From: a virus
Lineage: Duplodnaviria; Caudoviricetes
Virus record (IMG/VR): IMGVR_UViG_3300044949_001698
Span: 1-38,056 of that record
Reading direction: 5' to 3' (one strand)
Length of the DNA stretch: 38,056 nt
In this document: one piece after another, positions 26,041-34,035 of the stretch
How positions within the stretch are numbered: the first letter of the stretch is position 1
How the letters are laid out: each line of letters opens with the position of its first letter
The notes under the pieces: generated by a model
What the model was told of the DNA's origin: nothing
The model's input: only the letters and a program-made list of their open reading frames with translations
The model's database searches: none
Position numbers and translations under genes: made by a program

Positions 26041-26090
26041 CTTCCTCGACACGGAAGAGGTCACAGGTTCGAGTCCTGTTACGCCCACCA
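26041..26090 (+). mobile_element. attP core: 3' half of tRNA-Val(GAC)
   Basis: Anticodon arm CTTCC-TC-GAC-AC-GGAAG, T-arm ACAGG-TTCGAGT-CCTGT, acceptor 3' strand ending CCA. No D-arm or 5' acceptor strand upstream. Adjacent to the integrase. Confidence 0.9.
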
Positions 26091-26091
26091 C

Positions 26092-26135
26092 CACATCCCT
26101 TGCAGGACAAGGGATGTGAGCGTTTGTTGCTTCTT
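26092..26135 (+). terminator. Terminator-like hairpin after the tRNA 3' half
   Basis: Perfect 11-bp stem CACATCCCTTG/CAAGGGATGTG with a 5-nt loop, followed by T-rich CGTTTGTTGCTTCTT. Confidence 0.65.
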
Positions 26136-26190
26136 GCGTGACAACGCCATCCCATAGGTCATCCCATAGATTCCGGCTACAGTCGGTGCC

Positions 26191-27282
26191 GTGAGAGGCA
26201 GCAAGCGACAGAAGGCCACCGGCGTCTGGGAACTCCGGGTCCACATCTCCGCCGGGAAATACCGGTCCCGCACCTTCCGGGGATCCGCCAAGAAAGCCGA
26301 CACGGCGCTGCGGGCGTTGATCGGCGAGGTCGAAGCCGAACGCGCCCGCCCCGCCGCCGGCGTCACCCTCGGCGAGTGGATCGAACAGTGGCTCGCCAGG
26401 GTCAGCAAGGTGTGGACGAGCCCGTCGTCGGCGAAGACGTGCCGGGCGGTCATCGACAACCACTTGGTCGGCCACCGCCTCCACGACCTCCCCCTCCACG
26501 ACGTGACCCGCTCGGATGTGACCGAGTGGGTCGCCGGGTTGAAGGTCGCTCCGTCGTCGGTGAAGCGATACCACGGGGTGGTCCGCTCGGCGCTCCAAGA
26601 GGCGGTGAACCTCGACCTGATCCCCACCAACCCCGCCGACCGGGTCCGCATGCCGAAGGTGACCCGACGTGAACACCCGCAGATCCCCGCCGACGCACTC
26701 GCCGCCGTGTTCGCCGCCGCCGACCAGCAGACGAAACTGCTGATCCGACTCGCGACCGCCACCGGGGTCCGCAAAGGCCAGCTCGTCGGGTTCCGCTGGT
26801 CGGACTTCGACCACGAACGCGGCACCGTGACCGTCGCCCGGTCCGTCGCCCGCGCCGACGGCGGGGTGCTGGTGAAGGAAACAAAGACCGGCTCGATCCA
26901 CACCATGACCATCGACGCAGACACGCTGGCGCTGGTGGGGGAGTGGCGCAGCCACCTGGAGGACGAACTCGGTGCGCCACTCGGCGACGGCACCTACCTG
27001 TTCGCTGCGAACGTCGAGCGGACCAAACCGATGTACCCGGACACGGTCAACGCCCGCTGGCGGGCCGTCGCGCAACCCGCCGGCCTCGGCCACATCCGTG
27101 TCCACGACCTACGACACTTCCACGCAACCACCCTCATCTCCCAAGGGGTGGACGTGGTCACCGTCGCGTCACGGCTCGGCCACAAGAACCCGGCGGTCAC
27201 CCTCCGGGTCTACAGCCATCCGATCACCGAAGCCGACCAGGCTGCGGCGGCGACCCTCAGTCGGTTTCTTCCAACAGACTGA
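26191..27282 (+). CDS. int: Tyrosine integrase
   Basis: Catalytic residues: R (ATGVRKGQ), K (TKT), HDLRH, LGH, Y (TLRVYSH); N-terminal arm-binding and core-binding regions. Confidence 0.96.
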   Translation: MRGSKRQKATGVWELRVHISAGKYRSRTFRGSAKKADTALRALIGEVEAERARPAAGVTLGEWIEQWLARVSKVWTSPSSAKTCRAVIDNHLVGHRLHDLPLHDVTRSDVTEWVAGLKVAPSSVKRYHGVVRSALQEAVNLDLIPTNPADRVRMPKVTRREHPQIPADALAAVFAAADQQTKLLIRLATATGVRKGQLVGFRWSDFDHERGTVTVARSVARADGGVLVKETKTGSIHTMTIDADTLALVGEWRSHLEDELGAPLGDGTYLFAANVERTKPMYPDTVNARWRAVAQPAGLGHIRVHDLRHFHATTLISQGVDVVTVASRLGHKNPAVTLRVYSHPITEADQAAAATLSRFLPTD

Positions 27283-27353
27283 GAACCCGGACGACGAGCG
27301 CGTCGATACGCGCCCCCAGCTCCGAGATCTCCGCCCGGAACTCCTCGTCCCGT

Positions 27354-27743
27354 TCAGTCCGTGCTTCTGCGTCGCTTGCGCTTGTCGCCGGTACCACCAC
27401 CCAGCCCTCTCCCTAGATGTGCTTCCAACTGTTTGACTGCGGCTTGCAGCATGTCGACCTTTCCAGACAGGTCTGACAGTTCCTGACGCAACGACACCTC
27501 GGTGTCGCTGATCCCGAGCGCCCGAGCGAACGTGCCGGCGTCGAGGTTCAGGACTTCTTCGATCCGCGGCCAGCGGGTCATGTCGGGGGTGTCCTCGCCG
27601 GTCGCCCAGCGCGACACGCTCGACGGGGTGACGCCGAGCGCCGCGGCGAGCGCCGCCTTGCTGCCCCGACCCTGAGACTGCAACGCCTCGGCGATGACTG
27701 AGGCAAGGCGGTCGTTCGGCAAGTGGTTCGGTTCCTCGGTCAT
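27354..27743 (-). CDS. Immunity repressor (XRE-family HTH)
   Basis: KAALAAALGVTPSSVSRWATGEDTP HTH with a C-terminal coiled coil; divergent from the early operon; SD AGGAAGG. Confidence 0.85.
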   Translation of the reverse strand: MTEEPNHLPNDRLASVIAEALQSQGRGSKAALAAALGVTPSSVSRWATGEDTPDMTRWPRIEEVLNLDAGTFARALGISDTEVSLRQELSDLSGKVDMLQAAVKQLEAHLGRGLGGGTGDKRKRRRSTD

Positions 27744-27919
27744 GTGTGTGTGTCCTTCCTGCTCCCGCTGGACGTTCTAGACGGTTGCGCGTAGTTGCGT
27801 CCAGCCGAACTTCTGGCTGTCACACCCATCGGGCATCGTTCCCGATCGTGAAGGTGGGTATCGCGCAAAGTTGCGTGACACGCTGCTACGTTGCCGACAC
27901 CACACGACAGGAGGCGAAA

Positions 27920-28117
27920 GTGACGACAGCCGACGACACGGCGGTGCAGGTGTACGAACTCTCCGAGGTCGCAGACATCCTCGGCGTGTCCACCCGCACC
28001 ATCCAACGCATGGTCGCCGACGGCCGACTCCCCGCCGTCCACCTCGGCCAACGAATCACCCGCGTCACCCACCAGGCGCTCACCGGGCTCCTCGACAACC
28101 GGCAGGTGACCCGATGA
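27920..28117 (+). CDS. xis: Excisionase / Cro-position HTH protein
   Basis: YELSEVADILGVSTRTIQRMVADGRLPAVHLG..TRV (winged HTH of the Xis/HTH_17 type); SD AGGAGG at 27909-27914. Confidence 0.85.
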   Translation: MTTADDTAVQVYELSEVADILGVSTRTIQRMVADGRLPAVHLGQRITRVTHQALTGLLDNRQVTR

Positions 28118-28341
28118 ACCCGTACATCGCTGTCGCGTGCATCGCCGTGTTCTCCGTCGTGTCGTTCCTCGTCGGCGGGATCGTCGCCCGGCTCGGCGCA
28201 CAGAACGAACTCAACCAGCTCAAGTGGGCTGCGGTGTCGGTGATCGCCGAGAACCGGGTGACCGCGTTCGCCGAAGGCGAACAGGCGGCACAGGCCCGGA
28301 TCGCGCTCGCCGAAGCGTTGAAAGAGGAGGGGCAGCAGTGA
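28114..28341 (+). CDS. Hypothetical membrane protein
   Basis: N-terminal TM helix; ATGA/GTGA coupling on both sides. Confidence 0.7.
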   Translation: MNPYIAVACIAVFSVVSFLVGGIVARLGAQNELNQLKWAAVSVIAENRVTAFAEGEQAAQARIALAEALKEEGQQ

Positions 28342-28595
28342 GCTTCTGCAACCGGCTCCTGTCCCTCGACCTTGATGACATGCCTGAGGTCGACGCCTAC
28401 CAGATGGACGAAGACGCGGTGCAAGTCGAGTTGCGGTTCGACAACGCCGGCGAACAGCTCCTCTACCTGAACGGCGAGCCGGAACTGCTCATCCAACTGT
28501 CCCAGGCGATCTTCGCTGCGGTGGTCCTCCAGCAGGAACGGGAACGCGCCGCGCGGATCGAAGAAGAAGCCGCATCACTCGCCGAAGTCGAGTGA
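28338..28595 (+). CDS. Hypothetical protein
   Basis: SD GAGGAGG, GTGA coupling, typical codon usage. Confidence 0.7.
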   Translation: MSFCNRLLSLDLDDMPEVDAYQMDEDAVQVELRFDNAGEQLLYLNGEPELLIQLSQAIFAAVVLQQERERAARIEEEAASLAEVE

Positions 28596-28635
28596 CGGAA
28601 CCAACACACACACAACACAGGAAGCGAACCACCAC

Positions 28636-28851
28636 ATGAGCATCTACACGAACACGCAACTGTGTCTGAGCTACGGCTCGGACACCGAGTGGCAGATCAG
28701 GACCGACGAACACGCGTCCACGCACCTGACGATGCGGAGCGAGGACGCGCGGCAGGCGATCACGATCAGCGGCGACCGGGAGCAGCTCATCACGCTCCTC
28801 CTCAAGGCCGCGGCGCAGCTCATCGAGCAGGCCGAGGCGGTGGCGTCGTGA
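28636..28851 (+). CDS. Hypothetical protein
   Basis: 71 aa; AC-rich leader with AGGAAG. Confidence 0.72.
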   Translation: MSIYTNTQLCLSYGSDTEWQIRTDEHASTHLTMRSEDARQAITISGDREQLITLLLKAAAQLIEQAEAVAS

Positions 28852-29069
28852 GCATCCTCGCAGCCCTGGTCGAGGTCGTCAGCGTCAGCGCCTTCCTCGT
28901 CATCGTCCTTGCCGGCAGCTACGTCATCTGCCAGCGCAGCGGCCTCAGCGACAGGTTCAACCGGCGCGTCCGGTCGGACTTGGTCGTGCGTCGTCGTGAG
29001 TCACCCACCGAGCTGTACCTGCGCCGCCAGCGTGAGTCGGCCAACGCATGGCAGGAGGTCGACCGATGA
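28848..29069 (+). CDS. Hypothetical membrane protein
   Basis: Hydrophobic N-terminus, Arg-rich C-terminus; coupled at both ends. Confidence 0.68.
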   Translation: MSILAALVEVVSVSAFLVIVLAGSYVICQRSGLSDRFNRRVRSDLVVRRRESPTELYLRRQRESANAWQEVDR

Positions 29070-29425
29070 GCCGCCAGGAGGAAGTGCGGGAGTCGGCAGC
29101 GATCCTGCTGGACACCCTCGGCGACGCCCAAGAGCTGCTTGACAGCGTGCGGCCGATGCTCGACCAGGTGCGCCGGTCGCCGGGCGCTCTCCACGACGGC
29201 GTCATGTGCGACCTGTACGTCGAGGCCGACGCTCTCTACCGGGAGATCAACCACATCGTCTCGGCGCTCCGAAAGCAGGTCACGAACGCCGCCCAGCTCG
29301 GGCCGGTCACGACCAGCGACGGCAGCCGCGGGTGGAAGGCGACGAAGCTCGGTTTCGCCTCCCGCATGGGCAGCACCTACCGCCTCGACCCGCTTCGCAG
29401 CGAGGAACTGGGGGAGCTGACGTGA
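29066..29425 (+). CDS. Hypothetical protein
   Basis: SD AGGAGG, ATGA coupling; helical N-terminal half. Confidence 0.68.
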   Translation: MSRQEEVRESAAILLDTLGDAQELLDSVRPMLDQVRRSPGALHDGVMCDLYVEADALYREINHIVSALRKQVTNAAQLGPVTTSDGSRGWKATKLGFASRMGSTYRLDPLRSEELGELT

Positions 29426-30720
29426 AGGCCCTGTCCTTGTTCTCCGGTGCCGGCGGCATGGACCTCGGCCTGGACCGTGCCGGGATCACAGCGGTCGCCC
29501 ACTGCGAAATCGACCCGAAGGCGCAGAGCGTGCTGCGCCGCCACTGGCCGGATGTCCCGGTCATCAGCGACGTGCGAGAGGTGACCAGCGATGTCGGACG
29601 AGTTGACCTTGTTCACGGAGGATTCCCATGCCAAGACATCTCCGTCGCAGGAAATCGTAAGGGTCTGGCTGGCGACCGATCCGGCTTGTGGTGGGAGTTT
29701 CATCGCATCCTTGGCGAGCTGCGGCCTCGGTGGTGCGTCATCGAGAACGTCGCTGGACTCCTGTCGAGCAACGGAGGACGGGACCTGGGTTCCATCCTCG
29801 GGGCGCTGGGCGACCTCGGGTATGGGTACGCCTACCGAGTGCTGGACGCTCGCTTCTTCGGAGTCCCCCAACGACGCCGTCGAGTGTTCATTGTCGGACA
29901 TCTTGGAGGACGAGGTGCCGCGGAGGTTCTTCTTGAGCCAGAGGGCGTGCGCCGGGATTCTGCGACGCGCCGAGAAACGGAGCAAGGCGCTGCCGGAATT
30001 GTTGCGGGAAGCCTTGGCGCAGGTCGCATCAGTAGAAGTCACACGGAGTTAGACGGTCACGGTTCTCACGTCGTTGTCGGATCGGATGGCATTCAGACGC
30101 CTGCGCCGCTCGGAATGATTCCGCAGCACACCGGGACCGTCACCTGCACCTGGGCCAAAGGTCCGGGCAACACCCAGGTCGAAGAGGGCCACGTCATCCC
30201 GGTGACGGTTGCCGAGAACGTTCAGGGCGATCTGTCGCCCGGAGGGATACCGCTCAACGACCGGACGGGCACGCTGACAACACGCTGGGGTGGTCACTAT
30301 GACTCCGTACAGGAAGTTCGCAGCGGTGCCGTGCAACCAGTGGCATTCGCCGAGAACCAGCGGGGCGACGTGTACTTGTCCGACTACCAGCAGGCGCTGA
30401 CTGGCGGCGGTGGCAAGCCCGGACAGGGCTACCCGGCGGTCTTGGCCCCGACCTTGACTGCCTACAACCTGGACTCACGCAGCCCGCAGTCGGAGGAACA
30501 GCAGCGGATCGTCGGGGCGGTACATGCGTCGTCGCTCGCAGTCCGTCGGCTCACCCCTCGGGAGTGTGAGCGCCTCATGGGCTGGCCCGACGACTGGACC
30601 CGCTGGGCCGACGACGGCGCAGAGATCGCCGACAGCCACCGCTACCGCATGTGCGGCAACGGCGTCGTCGCCCCGGTCGCCGAATGGATCGGCCGCAGGA
30701 TCGTGGAGGTTGACCGATGA
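29422..30720 (+). CDS. DNA (cytosine-5) methyltransferase
   Basis: Motifs I SLFSGAGG, IV GGFPCQD, VI ENV, VIII PQRRRRVF, IX RRLTPRECERLMGWP, X RYRMCGNGV. Confidence 0.95.
   Translation: MKALSLFSGAGGMDLGLDRAGITAVAHCEIDPKAQSVLRRHWPDVPVISDVREVTSDVGRVDLVHGGFPCQDISVAGNRKGLAGDRSGLWWEFHRILGELRPRWCVIENVAGLLSSNGGRDLGSILGALGDLGYGYAYRVLDARFFGVPQRRRRVFIVGHLGGRGAAEVLLEPEGVRRDSATRRETEQGAAGIVAGSLGAGRISRSHTELDGHGSHVVVGSDGIQTPAPLGMIPQHTGTVTCTWAKGPGNTQVEEGHVIPVTVAENVQGDLSPGGIPLNDRTGTLTTRWGGHYDSVQEVRSGAVQPVAFAENQRGDVYLSDYQQALTGGGGKPGQGYPAVLAPTLTAYNLDSRSPQSEEQQRIVGAVHASSLAVRRLTPRECERLMGWPDDWTRWADDGAEIADSHRYRMCGNGVVAPVAEWIGRRIVEVDR
29591..30052 (+). CDS. Nested +1-frame gene inside the C5-MTase (M.EcoHK31I beta-subunit-like)
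   Basis: Own SD-like GAGGTGA upstream of the ATG. The segment SSGRWATSGM...ECWTL..SESP..AVECSLSDILE..VP..FFLS..AC.GILRRA..R.K.LP resembles, from recall, the overlapping beta polypeptide of two-chain C5-MTases. Confidence 0.72.
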   Translation: MSDELTLFTEDSHAKTSPSQEIVRVWLATDPACGGSFIASLASCGLGGASSRTSLDSCRATEDGTWVPSSGRWATSGMGTPTECWTLASSESPNDAVECSLSDILEDEVPRRFFLSQRACAGILRRAEKRSKALPELLREALAQVASVEVTRS

Positions 30721-30932
30721 GCCGCGCCGATCACCCTGCCGAACGGCGACGCCGGATGCGTGTCGTCTCCACCGACAACGCCCACCTGATCGAGTGGTGG
30801 GCGTGCGAACGGGCGCAAGCCCGACGGGAAGAAGCGACCACCCGACTGCTCCACACGCTCGCCTGGTCGGTCGCAGCCCTCACCGCGACGCTCGTCGCCG
30901 TCACACTCCTCGACGCCATCAAAGGGGCGTGA
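30717..30932 (+). CDS. Hypothetical membrane protein
   Basis: C-terminal TM helix; SD GGAGG; ATGA coupling. Confidence 0.68.
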   Translation: MSRADHPAERRRRMRVVSTDNAHLIEWWACERAQARREEATTRLLHTLAWSVAALTATLVAVTLLDAIKGA

Positions 30933-30933
30933 C

Positions 30934-31347
30934 ATGGCAGACCACGGGACACGATCCAACTACGTCGCCGGATGCCGATGCGGCGACTGTCGCGAAGCCA
31001 ACCGCCGCTACCAGGCAAACCGACGCCAAGGCGACCTCCACGACATCGACAGGTTCCTCGACCAGATCGCCGACATCGTCGCAGCACGCGAACAGGAATG
31101 GCGGACCGACGCCGCATGCCGCACCGAACCCGTCGACACGTTCTTCCCGGCACGCGGCGAAAACCGGAAAACCGACCGGGCCGTCGAACTGTGCGCCACC
31201 TGTCCCGTCGCCGACCAATGCCGACGGTACGCACTCAGCCTCCCCGCTAGCGAACGTGCCGGCATTTGGGCAGGACGGTCCGTGGACCGCCGACGACTCA
31301 GCCGCGAAGAACGCCAGCTCGCCGACCTGTTGAAAGTCGCGACATGA
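30934..31347 (+). CDS. whiB: WhiB-family transcription factor with an extra N-terminal Cys/His motif
   Basis: WRTDAAC...FFP...CATCPVADQC..YAL...GIWAG; N-terminal HGT..NY..GCRCGDC. Confidence 0.9.
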   Translation: MADHGTRSNYVAGCRCGDCREANRRYQANRRQGDLHDIDRFLDQIADIVAAREQEWRTDAACRTEPVDTFFPARGENRKTDRAVELCATCPVADQCRRYALSLPASERAGIWAGRSVDRRRLSREERQLADLLKVAT

Positions 31348-31685
31348 CCGGCGCATCAGCACGCCAGTACGGCATCCGGTTCGAACACGAACTCGCCCGC
31401 TACTTCGGATGCACCACCACACGAAACAGCCGGCCAGGGCTCCACGACGACGCCGGCGACCTCCTGATCGACGGGGTCGCAGTCGAAGCGAAAGCCCGTC
31501 ACTGCGGCACCGGAGGCGCTCCACCGCGCTGGTCGATCTGGTCGTGGATGAGGGACATCGAACAGAAAGCCGACCCCGACCAGATCCCCTGCCTCATCGT
31601 GAAACGTCCCGGTCACAGCATCGGCCGGAACCTGATCGTCGCCAACTTGGAAGACCTACATGAGCTTGCACGGCGACTGGCGTGA
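31344..31685 (+). CDS. PD-(D/E)XK nuclease, probable Holliday junction resolvase
   Basis: G..FE.ELA.YF, DAGDL, VEAK, LIVKRPG pattern of archaeal-type/actinophage resolvases. Confidence 0.78.
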   Translation: MTGASARQYGIRFEHELARYFGCTTTRNSRPGLHDDAGDLLIDGVAVEAKARHCGTGGAPPRWSIWSWMRDIEQKADPDQIPCLIVKRPGHSIGRNLIVANLEDLHELARRLA

Positions 31686-31926
31686 CCAGGCGCTCTGCGT
31701 CCACCACCAAGCCTTGTTCCACAAAGCGATCGAACAAGACCAGCCACGGATGCACTACCCGCAACCCGAAAGTGAATCAACCCGCGTCGAACTCGCATGC
31801 GAATGGGTGTGCGCCGCATGCCCTGTCCGTGAAGCGTGCGCCGACCATGCGGAACGACACAACGAACCCCACGGCGTGTGGGGCGGAATGAACAGCCGCA
31901 AACGACTCCACAAGGCGACGACATGA
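31660..31926 (+). CDS. whiB: Second WhiB-family transcription factor
   Basis: WRDQALC...VCAACPVREAC..HA....GVWGG. Confidence 0.9.
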   Translation: MSLHGDWRDQALCVHHQALFHKAIEQDQPRMHYPQPESESTRVELACEWVCAACPVREACADHAERHNEPHGVWGGMNSRKRLHKATT

Positions 31927-33527
31927 CCGTCATCGAATACCGCAACGACAACGGCGACTACGAGTTCGTCGGCTACGACCCGGTCCCCGGCTACTCGCGT
32001 GTCGCTGCGATGAAAGCGAAGCCGGCGCTCACCACATGGAAGTTGAAGCGGGCTGTCGCCTGCACCCAATACGCGGCGTTGACCGGTGCGACCGACTGGC
32101 TGCACAACGACCCATACCAGGTGATCCGCGACATCGACGGGGCCGACACCGAAAAGGCCGACGCCGGCACCTGTGTCGCACGCGCCTGCGAACTCCTCAT
32201 CAACGACGGGCTCGCCCCCGCCGACGCCGCCACCCAAGCGATCGCTGAACAACAGCAGCGGATCGCCACTTGGAACGAATGGTCCGAAGCGACCAGCTAC
32301 CAGCGTCGCAAGCAGAAACTCCGCAAACCACCACAGATCAACTTCGTGCCCGGCCACGAACACGTCGTCGCATCCCTCCAAGGGTTCATCAACACCTGTG
32401 CTGACATCGGGTTCACCGCCGTCCACACCGAACAAACCGTGTTCACCCCCGGTGTGTTCGCCGGGACCGCCGACATCTTCGGCACATTCAACGGTGGCGG
32501 CACCCTGGAATGTTGGGACATCAAAACCGGGGCGAACGTCTACCCGGACATGAACCTCCAGCTCGCCGCGTATGCGAACGCTGAACTGTGGGTCACCGGC
32601 AACAGCATCAACCCGGAACTCAACCCGGCCCCAGCGAACATCGACCGGACAACCGGCGGCATCTTCCACGTCACAGCCCACGGCTGCGACGCCTACCCGA
32701 TGAACCTTGACGGTGCGTGGGAAGCGTTCACCGGGCTTGTCGCCGTCACCCGCCACGAACAGCTCTGCAAACACACCACCCTCGACCCGATCCGTGTCGT
32801 CCCACCCCGCGACGACCTCGATGAAACCGACGATCAACGCACCGTCTGGTGTCAGCAGCAGACGAAACGGATCGCCGGAACCGCCGCCGGGTTGAAGATG
32901 CTGAAAGACCGGTGGCCGGCCGACACCCCGTTCCAACCGCCGTGGACTGCCGAGCAGATCAGCGCCGTCACAGCCGTCGTCTCCCAGGTTGGGCATCGAC
33001 TCGACGCCGACGACCCAGTCCACCCGTTCGGTCCACCCGACCCGAACCTCATTCCCGAACCGCGGCCACCCGCCGAACCCGCCGCACCGGCCGACGCTGA
33101 CATCTACCCGACCGTCAACGACCCGACCGCCGAACCCGCCGACCCGGACGCCGTCGCAGCCCTCGGCCGACGCAACGAAACGATGCACCCCGACGAAGCC
33201 GGCTGCGTTCAACGGTGGCTGAACGAAGCGAAACAGGCGGGCCGACCGTTCAACCTGGGTAGCCCCGAAACCGCTGACACCCGCCGGTTCGAAATCGCAC
33301 GGGCGGCGATCAGCCTCGCCACCAACGTCGTCCGCTACCCCGACAACATCCTCCCCGACCTGGACCAACAGATCGCCCGCCAAATCATCGTCCACGCCAC
33401 CGGCTGGGACATCACCGACCTCCACACCACCGGCGGGCTCCTCGGCGCACTCGACGCCACCCAAGCCGACACCGTCGAACAGATCGCACACCGGTACCCG
33501 ACACACGGGCTGCCGGATGCGAAGTGA
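31923..33527 (+). CDS. RecB/Cas4-like PD-(D/E)XK exonuclease with a long C-terminal extension
   Basis: AKPALTTW, EQTV....FAGTAD, WDIKTG, LQLAAYANAE motifs in the N-terminal ~280 aa. Confidence 0.82.
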   Translation: MTVIEYRNDNGDYEFVGYDPVPGYSRVAAMKAKPALTTWKLKRAVACTQYAALTGATDWLHNDPYQVIRDIDGADTEKADAGTCVARACELLINDGLAPADAATQAIAEQQQRIATWNEWSEATSYQRRKQKLRKPPQINFVPGHEHVVASLQGFINTCADIGFTAVHTEQTVFTPGVFAGTADIFGTFNGGGTLECWDIKTGANVYPDMNLQLAAYANAELWVTGNSINPELNPAPANIDRTTGGIFHVTAHGCDAYPMNLDGAWEAFTGLVAVTRHEQLCKHTTLDPIRVVPPRDDLDETDDQRTVWCQQQTKRIAGTAAGLKMLKDRWPADTPFQPPWTAEQISAVTAVVSQVGHRLDADDPVHPFGPPDPNLIPEPRPPAEPAAPADADIYPTVNDPTAEPADPDAVAALGRRNETMHPDEAGCVQRWLNEAKQAGRPFNLGSPETADTRRFEIARAAISLATNVVRYPDNILPDLDQQIARQIIVHATGWDITDLHTTGGLLGALDATQADTVEQIAHRYPTHGLPDAK

Positions 33528-33561
33528 CAACCATCAACCAACCAGAAAGCAGGCACACGCC

Positions 33562-34029
33562 ATGTCACTCGACTACATCAACGACCAGATCTCCTCGATG
33601 GGAGGACGGTTCGTCAAGCCCGCATCCAAGGGCGACATGCTGAAGGGCGAGATCGTCGCCGCCGAGGAACGCGTCAAGACGTTCGACGGTGAAACGGTCC
33701 GCAACCGCAAGACCGGCGAACCCCGCAAGGAGTGGGTGTTCACGCTCCGCTACATCGACGCCAAGACCGTGTCGCCCGACTACACCGACAAGATCGACGG
33801 TGTCCGCGGTTCCGACGACCAGCTCTGCATCTTCGTCGCCAACGAATCCGCACAGCGGGCCATCGGCAAGGCATCGAAGACCTCCGGGGTCAAGCTCGCC
33901 GTCGGCGCAACCCTCGCCGTCGCCATCTCCGAAGACCCGCCGTCGCCAACCTCGCAGGCCGAGTACGTCGCCCAGGTCGAAGCCGCACCCCTCATCGACA
34001 TCACGTCCAGCGACGACAACCCGTTCTGA
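33562..34029 (+). CDS. Probable ssDNA-binding protein (OB-fold-like)
   Basis: GGRFVK...GD..KGEI, G+PR..WVFTL, acidic-aromatic tail SDDNPF; lies between exonuclease and primase. Confidence 0.65.
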   Translation: MSLDYINDQISSMGGRFVKPASKGDMLKGEIVAAEERVKTFDGETVRNRKTGEPRKEWVFTLRYIDAKTVSPDYTDKIDGVRGSDDQLCIFVANESAQRAIGKASKTSGVKLAVGATLAVAISEDPPSPTSQAEYVAQVEAAPLIDITSSDDNPF

Positions 34030-34035
34030 CGTGAC

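Larger units (their letters stand above)
25911..26169 (+). repeat. Integrase arm-type direct repeats (C/A)ATCCCAT(A/G) flanking the att core
   Basis: Copies at 25911, 25922 and 25943 (left of the core) and at 26148 and 26160 (right of the core). Confidence 0.8.

Noticed and set aside
26041-26090. Complete phage-encoded tRNA-Val gene
   Set aside because: Only the anticodon arm through CCA is present. The upstream sequence has no D-arm or complementary 5' acceptor strand, so it is an attP core.
26191-27743. Integration-dependent immunity switch (attP inside the repressor gene, ssrA-like tags)
   Set aside because: attP lies upstream of int, not within the repressor, and neither protein ends in an Ala-rich ssrA-like tag.
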